A stretch of DNA of 64,000 bases from a virus, in the IMG/VR virus record IMGVR_UViG_3300003771_000090, positions 3,902 to 67,901 of that record; one strand, 5' to 3'. Positions 8,010 to 17,704 of the stretch are shown here, piece by piece; the stretch's first letter is position 1; every line of letters begins with the position of its first letter. Below the pieces are notes generated by a model, which saw nothing but the letters and a program-made list of their open reading frames with translations, searched no databases and was not told the DNA's origin. The translations under genes were made by a program, and so were the position numbers.

Positions 8010-8515
8010 GCATGTGGGGGCGCTATGCGAACGGACGAGGCCTGGCGGCACGAGTGCGAGGTGCGGTGGCTGGCGGCAAAGCCGGACGATCGGGTGACCG
8101 AGTACCTGACCAAGGTGGAAAAGTTCAGGGGGCGGCCGGCGGCGGTGCAGTTGGCATCGGACATACGGGTGTACCGGCGCGCAAGCCGAGCAAGTACCGC
8201 AACGAGCGGCTGACAGTCAACGGCGAGACGTTCGACAGCCGCCGGGAGATGGAGCGGTACTTCCACCTCCTGGTGCTACAGCGCGCCGGCCGCATCCAGC
8301 AGCTCCAGCGCCAGGTGGTCTTCATCCTGTCGCCGTCCGTAGTGATCGGCGGTCGGAAGCGCCCGCCGCTGAAGTACGTGGCCGATTTCACCTATGTGGA
8401 AGAGGGCGCCACGGCGCGGACGGTGGAGGACGTGAAAGGGGTGGTGACCGAGGCGTACCGGATCAAACGCCACCTGATGGCAGCTATGGGTTTGCAGATC
8501 AAGGAGACGAAATGA
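8006..8515 (+). CDS. DUF1064-like PD-(D/E)XK nuclease (putative Holliday junction resolvase); start uncertain
   Basis: SKYRN...TFDSRREMERY...YVADFTY...VEDVKG...YRIKRHLM. Confidence 0.75.
   Translation: MSMWGRYANGRGLAARVRGAVAGGKAGRSGDRVPDQGGKVQGAAGGGAVGIGHTGVPARKPSKYRNERLTVNGETFDSRREMERYFHLLVLQRAGRIQQLQRQVVFILSPSVVIGGRKRPPLKYVADFTYVEEGATARTVEDVKGVVTEAYRIKRHLMAAMGLQIKETK
8025..8213 (+). CDS. Phage hypothetical protein
   Basis: DEAWRHECEVRWL..., a common motif in small proteins downstream of phage replication genes. Confidence 0.65.
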   Translation: MRTDEAWRHECEVRWLAAKPDDRVTEYLTKVEKFRGRPAAVQLASDIRVYRRASRASTATSG

Positions 8516-8799
8516 GCGACATCAAAGTGCAGGAGTCGTTGGTAGACGAGCGGCGGTTCCGTGCTGTTCTGGATCACGACACGATTCTGGGTGTTGTTGC
8601 TTCGATGGTTGCAGCCCAGGCCGGGGTGGATCTCAACGCCGACAACGTTTCGATTCGCACCCTGCACCTGAGCGCCCGAACAGGCGGCTTGGGTGCAAGC
8701 AAGTACGAGGCGGTTTGCGAAATCGTGGTGGACCGCAAGGCCGAATATGGAAAGACGCAGGACTGCGAAATCCGGGAGCGGACCCATGAGCAGCGATGA
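8512..8799 (+). CDS. Phage hypothetical protein
   Basis: 95 aa, ATGA overlap. Confidence 0.7.
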   Translation: MSDIKVQESLVDERRFRAVLDHDTILGVVASMVAAQAGVDLNADNVSIRTLHLSARTGGLGASKYEAVCEIVVDRKAEYGKTQDCEIRERTHEQR

Positions 8800-8868
8800 G
8801 ATCTGCACGGCTTTCGCGGGCGCCTTCATGGCTGGCGTCATGCTTTCTATTCTGTGGGGGATGACGAG

Positions 8869-9438
8869 ATGATCAGGAGACCGTGGACCGAGGCCGATGA
8901 CGCGGCGCTGGCCCAGTGCTACCGGGATGGTATCCAGTCCCCGGAGATCGCCGCAAGGCTGGGGCGCCCGCGCGGCTCAATCCATTGTCGCGCCGTGAAG
9001 CTGGGCATCGCCAAGAAGGCACAGCGCGGCGACCAGAACCCGGTTTGGATCGCCATCAAGGAGATCTGCGCGGACGGCCAGGGCCGGACGGTGCGGGATT
9101 TGGCGATTGCCACTGGCGAAAAGGAAAAGAACGTCGAGCGGCTGTTCTACGTCCGCCGAGACCAGAACCAGGCGCACATCGTTGACTACGAGCCGTCCAT
9201 TCGCGGCACGTCCCGCCCGATGTGGCTCCCAGTGCGAGGACAGGACGTCCCGCGGCCGGCACCGACCGACCATGCGCTGGCCCAGAAGGTGCGCCGCGAG
9301 ATGCGAAAGGCTGAACTGGACCAGGACCTGACGCCGGACATGCCGACCATCCAGAAGAACAGCCCGGCGCCGCGCTTCATGGGCGGCCAGCAGCACGAAA
9401 TCATCCGGGCGATGTACGGCATGGGGGTGGCGGCATGA
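8869..9438 (+). CDS. Myb/GcrA-like HTH protein
   Basis: RPWTEADDAAL...SPEIAARLGRPRGSIHCRAVKLGI. Confidence 0.7.
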   Translation: MIRRPWTEADDAALAQCYRDGIQSPEIAARLGRPRGSIHCRAVKLGIAKKAQRGDQNPVWIAIKEICADGQGRTVRDLAIATGEKEKNVERLFYVRRDQNQAHIVDYEPSIRGTSRPMWLPVRGQDVPRPAPTDHALAQKVRREMRKAELDQDLTPDMPTIQKNSPAPRFMGGQQHEIIRAMYGMGVAA

Positions 9439-9689
9439 CCGAGAAGCGAAAGGGCGGCCCGCTATCCAACCTGGCGGCGGTACTGGGCGAGAACCCCGAA
9501 TTCCGCCGCATGGTGGCCGTCAGGACCGGGCGGCCGTGCGAGACGCCGGAGGATGCCCGGGCCCGCATCCTGGAGCGTTGCGACGTCACCTCCCGGGCAG
9601 ACTTGGACCACGTGGCCAAGGCGGAGGCGGAGTTCCACGCGGCATTCCGTCTGCCGTGGATGCGGTGGCAACAAGGGGCGAGACGATGA
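9435..9689 (+). CDS. Phage hypothetical protein
   Basis: 84 aa, overlapping start/stop. Confidence 0.7.
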   Translation: MTEKRKGGPLSNLAAVLGENPEFRRMVAVRTGRPCETPEDARARILERCDVTSRADLDHVAKAEAEFHAAFRLPWMRWQQGARR

Positions 9690-9901
9690 AAGAGATCCAC
9701 GTAGCAGCAGAAGAGTGGGACAGCCACTACGAGTCGCCCGAGGGGTACATCGCCGAGGGGCGCAAGTGGGGCGAGTGCGCGGATGGCGAAGAATTCACAC
9801 TGGTGCGGCTGCAGGTTTTCGCCCAGACCACGTACCGCATCGTGGACGGCAAGCCGGTTCCAGTCCAAGTGGCATTCCCGAAAGAGCTCGTACAGAGATA
9901 A
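9686..9901 (+). CDS. Phage hypothetical protein
   Basis: MKEIHVAAEEW... 71 aa. Confidence 0.65.
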   Translation: MKEIHVAAEEWDSHYESPEGYIAEGRKWGECADGEEFTLVRLQVFAQTTYRIVDGKPVPVQVAFPKELVQR

Positions 9902-9904
9902 GAC

Positions 9905-10528
9905 ATGACCGAGACCGAGATCCTATTCAACAGCGTGGACGACGCCTTGCGCTTCGCGTTCTCGTACTCGACGCAGCAGTACAGCCCGACGCCGATGGCG
10001 CGGGCGATGCGGGGCGGCAACGTCGGTACCGGAAAAGGGCTGGTGGGGGTGGATGGCGCTGGCCAGGCAGGGATGATCCGGGCGGAGCTGAAGGAATTCA
10101 GCGAACTTGACCGGTCGCTGCTGATTGCCCAGTTTGCGCCCGTCGAGATGCCCTGCGACTGCACCAGGGCGTGCTGCTCTGGCAACCGCCCGAACGTGGA
10201 GTGGGCGGATGCGGTGAGCTACCTGACTGAGCACACCACCTACCTGTTCGCCGGGCACCTCTCCAGCTACAAACTGAGACGGACGCTGGTGGAGCGGCAT
10301 TTCGGCGCGCACCGAGACGTGCACGGGAAGAAGATGACGATCGAGCGCTTGGCGCAGAAGTGCGACATCCACCGCCAGACCGTCTCGACGCACCACCAGA
10401 AGCTGATGGCCTACTTTCGGGGTACCAAGGGCGTGAACGGGGCGGTGGGCGCCCAGGCGGTGGCCCTGCAGCGGGCGGACGAACAGCTGCGCGACCGTGG
10501 CTTTGTGGGGATGGAGGAGGCGGCATGA
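9905..10528 (+). CDS. Q-like antiterminator / late regulator
   Basis: 207 aa with CDCTRACC Zn motif and C-terminal HTH (TIERLAQKCDIHRQTV); lambdoid Q position. Confidence 0.65.
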   Translation: MTETEILFNSVDDALRFAFSYSTQQYSPTPMARAMRGGNVGTGKGLVGVDGAGQAGMIRAELKEFSELDRSLLIAQFAPVEMPCDCTRACCSGNRPNVEWADAVSYLTEHTTYLFAGHLSSYKLRRTLVERHFGAHRDVHGKKMTIERLAQKCDIHRQTVSTHHQKLMAYFRGTKGVNGAVGAQAVALQRADEQLRDRGFVGMEEAA

Positions 10529-11091
10529 GCGAAAAGCTGGATTTGGATGGGCTGGAGCGCTTGGCGAAAGCTGCGACGCCTGGCCCTTGGGAGTGGTGGA
10601 CCAGCAACAGCTTCCTGCGTCTGACGGGCCGCCAGCAACAGGGTGGCGCACACGGCCAGGATGGTGGCGTCCTCAGCGGGGCGAAGCTGTCCGACGGTTG
10701 CGCGACTGTAGTGGCTTCTAACAGCGATCGCGAGTTCATTGCCTCCGCGCGCTCTGCGGTTCCGGCCCTGATTGATCGCGTCCGCGAACTGGAGAGCGAG
10801 AAGCGTGATTGGATCGCTGCAAATGCTCCCGGGGGATGGATCGATGATCTGCGCCGCGCCAGCCAGCCTGGGGGCGGGGATGACACGAAGCGGCTTGATG
10901 CGCTACGTGACGAATCATGGGATGTCCGATCCTTTTGCATCGGCGAAGAGGACATTGGCTGGCGCGTGATCGAATTCCATCAGGCCGCGCCACATGAACG
11001 TGTAGTGGCCGAGGTCTTCAAAGACGATCCTCGTGCAGCCATCGACGCAGCCCGCGCCGCAACGGGTGCGGGGAATGGGGAGGGGGCATGA
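10525..11091 (+). CDS. Ead/Ea22-like protein
   Basis: LDLDGLERLAKAATPGPW...DREFIASARSAVPALIDRVRELE. Confidence 0.75.
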   Translation: MSEKLDLDGLERLAKAATPGPWEWWTSNSFLRLTGRQQQGGAHGQDGGVLSGAKLSDGCATVVASNSDREFIASARSAVPALIDRVRELESEKRDWIAANAPGGWIDDLRRASQPGGGDDTKRLDALRDESWDVRSFCIGEEDIGWRVIEFHQAAPHERVVAEVFKDDPRAAIDAARAATGAGNGEGA

Positions 11092-11765
11092 GCCAAGACA
11101 CGATTTCGGAAACGGCCGAGAAGATCTGCCGGGCGCTGGTGGGCGATGCGCGAAAGGTAGATTGCGACATCATCGAGAGCCACATCCGGGAAATGATTGT
11201 CACCCACCCCTCCGACAGTGCAGAGACGCGCGGGCCAGCAAAGAAAGATTGGCTTAACGGATGGCGGGAAGCAATCGAGCAACTTCCAGTAAGTCGAGAC
11301 GCCGCCCCAGCAGCGACGCGGGCACAGGGGGCGGGGACACTCACGACCGAACTCATTCGTAAGATCAGTGCGTTCTACGACCCTAACGTGCGCAATTTCG
11401 TAATGAGTGGGCTCGAACAGGCCCGCGCCATTCTCGCCGCCCCGGCCCAAGGGGAGCAGGATGGCGAATCGCTCACACAGGAAGGCGACAAGCGCCTGAT
11501 GGACATGCTGATGCAGGCTTTCGGTACCAGCCACCAGGCTATCGACGATCTGGCCGCGCTGATCCTCCGCGCCAATGCGATCTGCCGTGACGTGGCGCGG
11601 TACCGGTGGCTTGAGAAGCGATGCGAGAACGGTCTCGGGTTGAGCTATGGGGCGCATTCGGATGCGGTCAGAGCATGGTTTGTTCGGTTCCCGGTCCTTG
11701 AATCCGGCGTGGGAATGCCACTGGGCGAGGCCATCGACGCCGCCATGAAGGGGGAGAAGGCATGA
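11088..11765 (+). CDS. Phage hypothetical (mosaic) protein
   Basis: 225 aa, DVARYRWL and EAIDAAM motifs. Confidence 0.7.
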   Translation: MSQDTISETAEKICRALVGDARKVDCDIIESHIREMIVTHPSDSAETRGPAKKDWLNGWREAIEQLPVSRDAAPAATRAQGAGTLTTELIRKISAFYDPNVRNFVMSGLEQARAILAAPAQGEQDGESLTQEGDKRLMDMLMQAFGTSHQAIDDLAALILRANAICRDVARYRWLEKRCENGLGLSYGAHSDAVRAWFVRFPVLESGVGMPLGEAIDAAMKGEKA

Positions 11766-12151
11766 GCGCAGTATCGGAAGCCCAGCTCCGCGCCGAGTTC
11801 GAGCGCCAGCACGCCGGCCGGAACCTCAAGCAGCACTGTCTACGCGGCACCTATGTTGCATCGCAGATCGCTGCTCTGTGGAACCAGCACCGGCGCACCG
11901 CCGCCTGGATGGAGTCTCGTGCGGCCCTATCCCGTGCGGATCGCGTGCCGGCCAGCGGGCAATGGGTGGACGACTGGAACCGCTTGGCGTCCCCCGCAGT
12001 GCAGGAGGCCTTCGTGCGCGACTGCTGTGCCGGCATGTCGAAGCCAACCGAATGGGGCCAGCAGACCATGGACTTCATGACGTTCGCGCTGAAAATGTAC
12101 CAAGCCGGCTGGGCTGCGGCCCAGCAAGCCACCACAACGGAGAGACCATGA
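11762..12151 (+). CDS. Phage hypothetical protein
   Basis: 129 aa, ATGA overlap. Confidence 0.7.
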   Translation: MSAVSEAQLRAEFERQHAGRNLKQHCLRGTYVASQIAALWNQHRRTAAWMESRAALSRADRVPASGQWVDDWNRLASPAVQEAFVRDCCAGMSKPTEWGQQTMDFMTFALKMYQAGWAAAQQATTTERP

Positions 12152-12333
12152 ACGACGCACAGGAACAACTCGGACAGGTAATCGATCGCCTGGACGCTAT
12201 CGGCCACGCCCTGCAGATCCCGATGCCGGCGCAGATGCATGTCCAGAGCCTCAAGGCGGTGATTCCCGAGTTGGTGAGTGAGGCCAAGGCCGCTTTCGTC
12301 AGAGCGACTGGCGAGAATCCGTGGGCCTGCTGA
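12148..12333 (+). CDS. Phage hypothetical protein
   Basis: MNDAQEQLGQVIDRL... 61 aa. Confidence 0.65.
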   Translation: MNDAQEQLGQVIDRLDAIGHALQIPMPAQMHVQSLKAVIPELVSEAKAAFVRATGENPWAC

Positions 12334-12401
12334 GGCGGCGAAGGTGTGTCCGGGGCGCGTGACAGGCATACTTACGCCATCTCGCGCTACCAGGAACTTC
12401 T

Positions 12402-13055
12402 ATGAAAGTGGGTAACTCCGTCCGCAAGGCTATTGACGATTGGGAAGCCAAGGAATACGAGTCGGCGATGTTGCATGCCTGCAATGCTATCGATGGGACT
12501 GCCAAGAAGGCATATCCCAATGCAGATGTCGGCAACAAGAAGCGATTTACCGACTTTCTTCGAGGCAACTATGCGATCCTCGGCCCGATGGGTCTGCCGC
12601 AGATCGACATCGTGAGGCAGCGGTTCCATGTCCCAATTGGTGGGAAAGCTACAACGGCAGACGGCATTCCGGATCTCGCCGACGTCATCTATGGGGTTCA
12701 CCGATGCACTCATGGGCATGGCGATGAGCTGCCAGAGGGCTTTGAGCTGATGCCGGATGCTGCAGGGCCGGCTGGGTACACTAGGGTCAGATTTGATCCT
12801 GGGGCCGTTAGGCTTAGTGACCGCATAATCTTTGCCCTGATTGCCGTCGCAGTGCTTTCTCCGCATAACCGTGATCAGCACGTTCCGGCCGGTTATCACC
12901 TCACATTTGGCAGTGCGGCCATCCGATTGGAGATCAACGAATGGTGGGGGCGAAGCGCTGATTTCGGCGAAGTCCTCGCTTTGGATCCAAGTATTTCCGT
13001 CAACATCGACTTTTCGAAAGTGCTGGATGAATGGGCGGCGAAAACATCTTCTTGA
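12402..13055 (+). CDS. Moron: hypothetical protein with HEPN-like R-x4-H motif
   Basis: 217 aa, less GC-rich than its neighbours, LADVIYGVHRCTHGH; followed by a terminator. Confidence 0.8.
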   Translation: MKVGNSVRKAIDDWEAKEYESAMLHACNAIDGTAKKAYPNADVGNKKRFTDFLRGNYAILGPMGLPQIDIVRQRFHVPIGGKATTADGIPDLADVIYGVHRCTHGHGDELPEGFELMPDAAGPAGYTRVRFDPGAVRLSDRIIFALIAVAVLSPHNRDQHVPAGYHLTFGSAAIRLEINEWWGRSADFGEVLALDPSISVNIDFSKVLDEWAAKTSS

Positions 13056-13114
13056 CCTTTCGACATTTTGTGTCGAAAATAGGCCTCATTCTGATACACC
13101 GCAGAATTGCCCCC

Positions 13115-13147
13115 AAAGCCCGCTAAGCGAAAGCCAGCGGGCTTTTT
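13115..13147 (+). terminator. Rho-independent terminator
   Basis: AAGCCCGCT-AAGCGAAAGCC-AGCGGGCTT-TTT. Confidence 0.75.
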
Positions 13148-13280
13148 GCATTGGTGCATCGGGTTTGTAGTACCCCAATTCCGCTGTCCCGTCTGTCTCC
13201 TCCCGGTAGTTGCCTCGGGTTTGGGTATGCCGGCCGCTGGCCGCCGTACCCGTTTCTTCTTCATGCTGTTGGATCTCACC

Positions 13281-13538
13281 ATGATGCCTCCCATCAATAC
13301 CAAGCACACCAATGTCGTGCTGGGAGCGCCAGCGGACTGGGACCCAGCAGTGCATGGTCAGTGCATTGGCCTGCCTGCGCACCGTGACCCATCCACTGGG
13401 CTATGGCATTCGTTCTGGCAGCCCACTGAGCAGGACATCGCAAACATCCTGGCAGGCTCACCTATCAGGCTGACCGTCTTCAGCGGTTCGCATCCGCCTG
13501 TGTCCATCTCTGTCACTGACGGACTCGGCGAGGTGTGA
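13281..13538 (+). CDS. Phage hypothetical protein
   Basis: LGAPADWD...CIGLP...SFWQPT...HPPV, a conserved small phage protein pattern. Confidence 0.7.
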   Translation: MMPPINTKHTNVVLGAPADWDPAVHGQCIGLPAHRDPSTGLWHSFWQPTEQDIANILAGSPIRLTVFSGSHPPVSISVTDGLGEV

Positions 13539-13539
13539 C

Positions 13540-13881
13540 ATGGAAGGAAAGAAGCGAGGCAAGCTGGCGATGCTCGGTACCAGGCTAGCCATGGCGCAGC
13601 CTAGGACCACATCCGTGGCCCCGACCCAGAGCGAGCAGCGCATGACTGGTCGTCGGCTGCAGGCGCGGCGTGAGCGCGTGTGGACCAATGATCCAGCGTG
13701 CGCTGAGTGCGGTCGCGTGACTGAGTATCCGTCTGGCTTCGAGCTGGACCACAAGGTGCCGCTGCATCAGGGCGGTGCTGACACGGAAGCGAACTGCCAG
13801 GTGCTGTGCTCAGGCCCCGACGGGTGCCACGCTCGCAAGACGGCTCGCGACCTCGGGCATAGGGGTCGTCAACGACGATAA
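13540..13881 (+). CDS. HNH endonuclease (HK97 gp74-like packaging cofactor)
   Basis: CAEC...ELDHKVPLHQGG...NCQVLC...CHARKT immediately before cos/TerS. Confidence 0.9.
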   Translation: MEGKKRGKLAMLGTRLAMAQPRTTSVAPTQSEQRMTGRRLQARRERVWTNDPACAECGRVTEYPSGFELDHKVPLHQGGADTEANCQVLCSGPDGCHARKTARDLGHRGRQRR

Positions 13882-13934
13882 ATGTGGCGTTTGCGGCGCT
13901 GCGAAGGGCCGCGAAGGGCATCAAGGCGCACAAA

Positions 13935-14020
13935 TCGCATGAGGGGAGGGGGCGGTCGAATCTCTGGCGGTCTTATGGCCGGAAACCACACGTTCTCTCA
14001 CGCGCAGAAAATTTCCCCTC
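13935..14020. other. Probable cos region
   Basis: Intergenic HNH-TerS stretch GGGGAGGGGGCGG...CTCTCACGCGCAGAAAATTT of the kind seen at HK97-type cos sites; exact nick site not determinable. Confidence 0.5.
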
Positions 14021-14146
14021 CCATGGAATTTGTTAATGGGCTTAACACGGCGACCACGTTAAGAAATCGGCGCAAACCGTTGAGCGCAAACGGTAAACGT
14101 CCCCCGAGATGTTTAACTTTTGGCCCGCGTTGAGCGGGGTTTCAAC

Positions 14147-14644
14147 ATGGCTCTGACCGGCAAGAAGCAGAAGTTTGCCGCGGCCAAAGGCAAGGGCATG
14201 TCCAACAAGGACGCCGCGATCGAGGCGGGGTATAGCCCCGCGTCGGCGGGGGCGGCCGGCTCACGCTTGGCGAAGGATCCGGATGTCTTGGCCGCCTTGG
14301 ATCGCAAGGCCAAGGTCAGGGCGGTGAAGAAGGTGCCGCCTGCGAAAGAGGGGTCCCCGCCGAAATCCAGGCCGGCCGCAGATGCGCCCAAGCCCAAGTT
14401 CGACCTTGCTACGGCACTGTCGCACAGCGATCCGAAAGCGTTTCTCCTGGCGGCGATGAATGACATCGAGCTGGAACCTCGCCAGCGCATCGAGGCGGCC
14501 AAGACGTTGATGCCGTTCATGCACCAGAAGCTTGGCGAGGGCGGCAAGAAGGACCAGCAGGCGGCGGAAGCCAAGAAGGCAGCCAGTCGATTTGCTCCGG
14601 CCGCACCACCTAAGGTGGTCGCGGCCGGAGGCAAGAAGGTGTGA
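14147..14644 (+). CDS. terS: Terminase small subunit
   Basis: LTGKKQKFA...DAAIEAGYS HTH; directly upstream of TerL. Confidence 0.9.
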   Translation: MALTGKKQKFAAAKGKGMSNKDAAIEAGYSPASAGAAGSRLAKDPDVLAALDRKAKVRAVKKVPPAKEGSPPKSRPAADAPKPKFDLATALSHSDPKAFLLAAMNDIELEPRQRIEAAKTLMPFMHQKLGEGGKKDQQAAEAKKAASRFAPAAPPKVVAAGGKKV

Positions 14645-16299
14645 ATATGGAATGGTCGACTGCATGCACGGACTGGGAGTCCAGGCTGGTAGAGCGGCGG
14701 TCGATCATCCCTGCGCCCATCTTCCCGGAAGAGGCCGAGCGTGCCCTGGCGATCTTCAAGGAACTGCGCGTCGTCGATCTGCCTGGCAAGCCGACCTTTG
14801 GCGAGTGCAGCGAACAGTGGGTGTTCGATTACGTGGCGGCGATCTTCGGCGGTTACGAATCGGACACCGGCAAGCAGCTCATCCGCGAGTACGGACTGCT
14901 GATCAGCAAGAAAAACACGAAGTCGACCATCGCGGCCGGCATCATGCTGACGGCGCTGATCTTGTGCTGGCGCGATGAGGAAGAGCATCTGATCCTCGCG
15001 CCGACCAAGGAAGTCGCGGACAACAGTTTCAAGCCGGCCGCCAGCATGGTGCGCGAGGATGAGGAGCTCGCGGCCCTGTTCCACATTCAGGACCACATCC
15101 GGACTATCACGCATCGCGTGAACCGGAACAGTCTGAAGGTGGTTGCGGCAGACACGGACACCGTATCCGGGAAAAAGTCCGGCAAGGTGCTGGTGGACGA
15201 GCTCTGGCTCTTCGGTAAGCGGGCCAATGCCAGTGCCATGTTCATGGAAGCGCTGGGCGGCCAGGTGTCGCGCGACGAAGGTTGGGTGATCTATCTGACC
15301 ACACAGTCCGACGATTCCCCCGCCGGCGTGTTCAAAGAGAAGCTGGACTACTGGCGAGACGTCCGCGACGGGAAGATCGTCGATCCCAAGACGCTGCCGG
15401 TCCTTTACGAGTTCCCGCAGCGGCTGATCGACGCCAAAGCCTATCTGGATCCGCAGTATTTCTACGTCACGAACCCGAATATCGGCCGATCTGTCAGCGC
15501 TGAGTGGCTGGAAGACCAGCTGCGGAAAGTCCTGCAGAAGACGGATGGAACCCTACAGCAATTCCTGGCCAAGCACCTCAACGTCGAAATCGGCTTGAAT
15601 CTCCGGTCGGACCGATGGTCGGGTGCCGATTTCTGGATTGTCCAGACTGACCGCCGCCTGGTGATGGAAGACATCTTCGACCGCTCGGAGGTGATAACGG
15701 CAGGGATCGACGGTGGGGGGCTCGATGACTTGCTGGGCGCCGGTTTGATCGGACGTGAGCGTCGCACTGGGAACTGGTTGCATTGGGGGAAAGCCTGGGC
15801 GCACAAATCCGTGCTGGCCCGCCGCAAGACTGAGGCACCGCGCTTCCGCGATTTCGAGAGCGACTGCGATCTGATGATCGTCGAGCAATTGGGTGAGGAC
15901 GTTGACGACCTCACTTCAATCATGGCGAAGGTCTACGCCAGTGGGCTACTGGAAAAAATCGGCGTTGACCCTAGCGGTGTCAATTTCGACGACGAGCTGG
16001 TCACCGCCGGCATCCCGGCAGAGATGCTGATAGGCATTTCGCAGGGGTGGAAGCTCGGCGGCACCATCAAGACGGTTGAGCGGAAGCTGGCCGAGGGCAC
16101 GTTCTGGCATGCCGGACGGCCAATGATGGCCTGGTGCGTTGGTAACGCGAAAGTCGAGCAGCGTGCCAACGGCATCCTGATCACGAAGCAGGCGAGCGGA
16201 ACGGCCAAGATCGACCCACTGATGGCGCTGCTGAACGCGGCGCACCTCATGAGCCTGAACCCCGGCCCCAAGGGTCGGTCCTTCTGGGACACAGCATGA
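14641..16299 (+). CDS. terL: Terminase large subunit
   Basis: Walker A-like ISKKNTKST, VLVDELW Walker B, nuclease GIDGGGLDD and KIDPLMA. Confidence 0.95.
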   Translation: MNMEWSTACTDWESRLVERRSIIPAPIFPEEAERALAIFKELRVVDLPGKPTFGECSEQWVFDYVAAIFGGYESDTGKQLIREYGLLISKKNTKSTIAAGIMLTALILCWRDEEEHLILAPTKEVADNSFKPAASMVREDEELAALFHIQDHIRTITHRVNRNSLKVVAADTDTVSGKKSGKVLVDELWLFGKRANASAMFMEALGGQVSRDEGWVIYLTTQSDDSPAGVFKEKLDYWRDVRDGKIVDPKTLPVLYEFPQRLIDAKAYLDPQYFYVTNPNIGRSVSAEWLEDQLRKVLQKTDGTLQQFLAKHLNVEIGLNLRSDRWSGADFWIVQTDRRLVMEDIFDRSEVITAGIDGGGLDDLLGAGLIGRERRTGNWLHWGKAWAHKSVLARRKTEAPRFRDFESDCDLMIVEQLGEDVDDLTSIMAKVYASGLLEKIGVDPSGVNFDDELVTAGIPAEMLIGISQGWKLGGTIKTVERKLAEGTFWHAGRPMMAWCVGNAKVEQRANGILITKQASGTAKIDPLMALLNAAHLMSLNPGPKGRSFWDTA

Positions 16300-16487
16300 A
16301 GCGACTGAAAGAGATCCTGACGCGCGCCGGATCGTTGGCCATTTCCTGGGTTCCGGATGCGGTAATGGTCGCTGGCGCCAGTGCAATTTCCTACGGTGCC
16401 TGGCAGATCTACGAGCCGGCAGGTTCTATTGTTGGCGGTGCACTGGCGCTCACAGGTGGCGTGTTGTTGGCGAGGAGCGCGAAATAA
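16296..16487 (+). CDS. Small membrane protein between TerL and portal
   Basis: 63 aa, two hydrophobic segments. Confidence 0.7.
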   Translation: MKRLKEILTRAGSLAISWVPDAVMVAGASAISYGAWQIYEPAGSIVGGALALTGGVLLARSAK

Positions 16488-17704
16488 TGGGATTCCTTGC
16501 TAAGGCGGTCAGCGAGCGAAAAGCGACTGAGCTGACCTATGACCAGATCGCAGGCCTGATTGACGGCGTTGGCGGCGGCAAGATTGCTGGTGTTGTCGTC
16601 ACTGACAAGACGGCACTACAGGTGGCCACCGTCCTTGCCTGCGTCAAGGCGATTGCGGACGGCTGCGCCACGCCAAACCTGCACGTCTACCGTGAGACGA
16701 AGGACGGCGGCCGTGAGAAGGCCACGAACATTCCTGAGTATCGACTCTTGTCGCGCCGCCCGAACGAGTGGCAGACATCGTTCGAGTGGCGACGTCAGAT
16801 GACAGTGCATGCGGCGCTGACTGGCACCGGCCTGTCTATCAAGGTGCGGGGCGACAACCGACGCGTGCGTGAGTTGATCCCGATCGAGCCAGGCCAGTGG
16901 GATGTCCGTCGCGTCTCGCGATACGAGGTGCGGTATCGATGTTGGGATCAGTGGGGCATGATCGGCGAGTTCGAGCCGGATGATGTTTTCGTCATCAACG
17001 GCCTGCAATGGGACTGGCTGAAGAGCATGAATGCCGTAATGCTGGCCCGATCCGCGATCGGTCTAGCGATTGCGACGGAGAAGAGCCAGGCGTCCATGCA
17101 CGCCAATGGACTTCGGCCCAGCGGCACCTACTCCGTGACAGGCACCCTGGATCCGGAGCAGCACGAGCGCCTGACCGCGTGGATCAAGCGAAAGGCTGGC
17201 CCGGAGAACGCTGGAACGCCACTGGTCCTCGACCGTGACGCGAAATGGTTCAACACCGGTCTGTCCGGTGTGGACGCACAAAGCGTGGAGACGCGGCGGC
17301 TGCAGGTAGAGGAAATCTGTCGCAGCTACGGCGTTTTCCCAATCATGGTCGGCCATTCGGACAAGACGGCGACGTTTGCTAGTTCGGAAGCGTTCTTCGC
17401 CGCGCACGTCAAGCATACGTTGGCGCCCTGGCACCGCACTTGGTGCCAGCGCATGGACGAAATGCTCCTCGATGGCTCCGGCCCGCTCTATGCGGAATTT
17501 GACGTCCGGTACCTGATGGCGGGCTCCATGAAGGACCGAGCAGTTTGGGCTCGGACTATGGCCGAGATGGGCATCTACACCCGGAACGAGATTCGAGATG
17601 AGGACGGCAAGGAACCCCTGCCGGGCCTCGATGAGCCCCTGACGCCGCTAAACATGACGCGCGGCAACCCGCAAGGAACCAACGATGAAACGGGCAATGC
17701 TTGA
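16487..17704 (+). CDS. Portal protein (HK97 family)
   Basis: VLACVKAIAD, RPNEWQT, YGVFPIMVG, YTRNEIR...EPLPGLDE. Confidence 0.95.
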   Translation: MGFLAKAVSERKATELTYDQIAGLIDGVGGGKIAGVVVTDKTALQVATVLACVKAIADGCATPNLHVYRETKDGGREKATNIPEYRLLSRRPNEWQTSFEWRRQMTVHAALTGTGLSIKVRGDNRRVRELIPIEPGQWDVRRVSRYEVRYRCWDQWGMIGEFEPDDVFVINGLQWDWLKSMNAVMLARSAIGLAIATEKSQASMHANGLRPSGTYSVTGTLDPEQHERLTAWIKRKAGPENAGTPLVLDRDAKWFNTGLSGVDAQSVETRRLQVEEICRSYGVFPIMVGHSDKTATFASSEAFFAAHVKHTLAPWHRTWCQRMDEMLLDGSGPLYAEFDVRYLMAGSMKDRAVWARTMAEMGIYTRNEIRDEDGKEPLPGLDEPLTPLNMTRGNPQGTNDETGNA

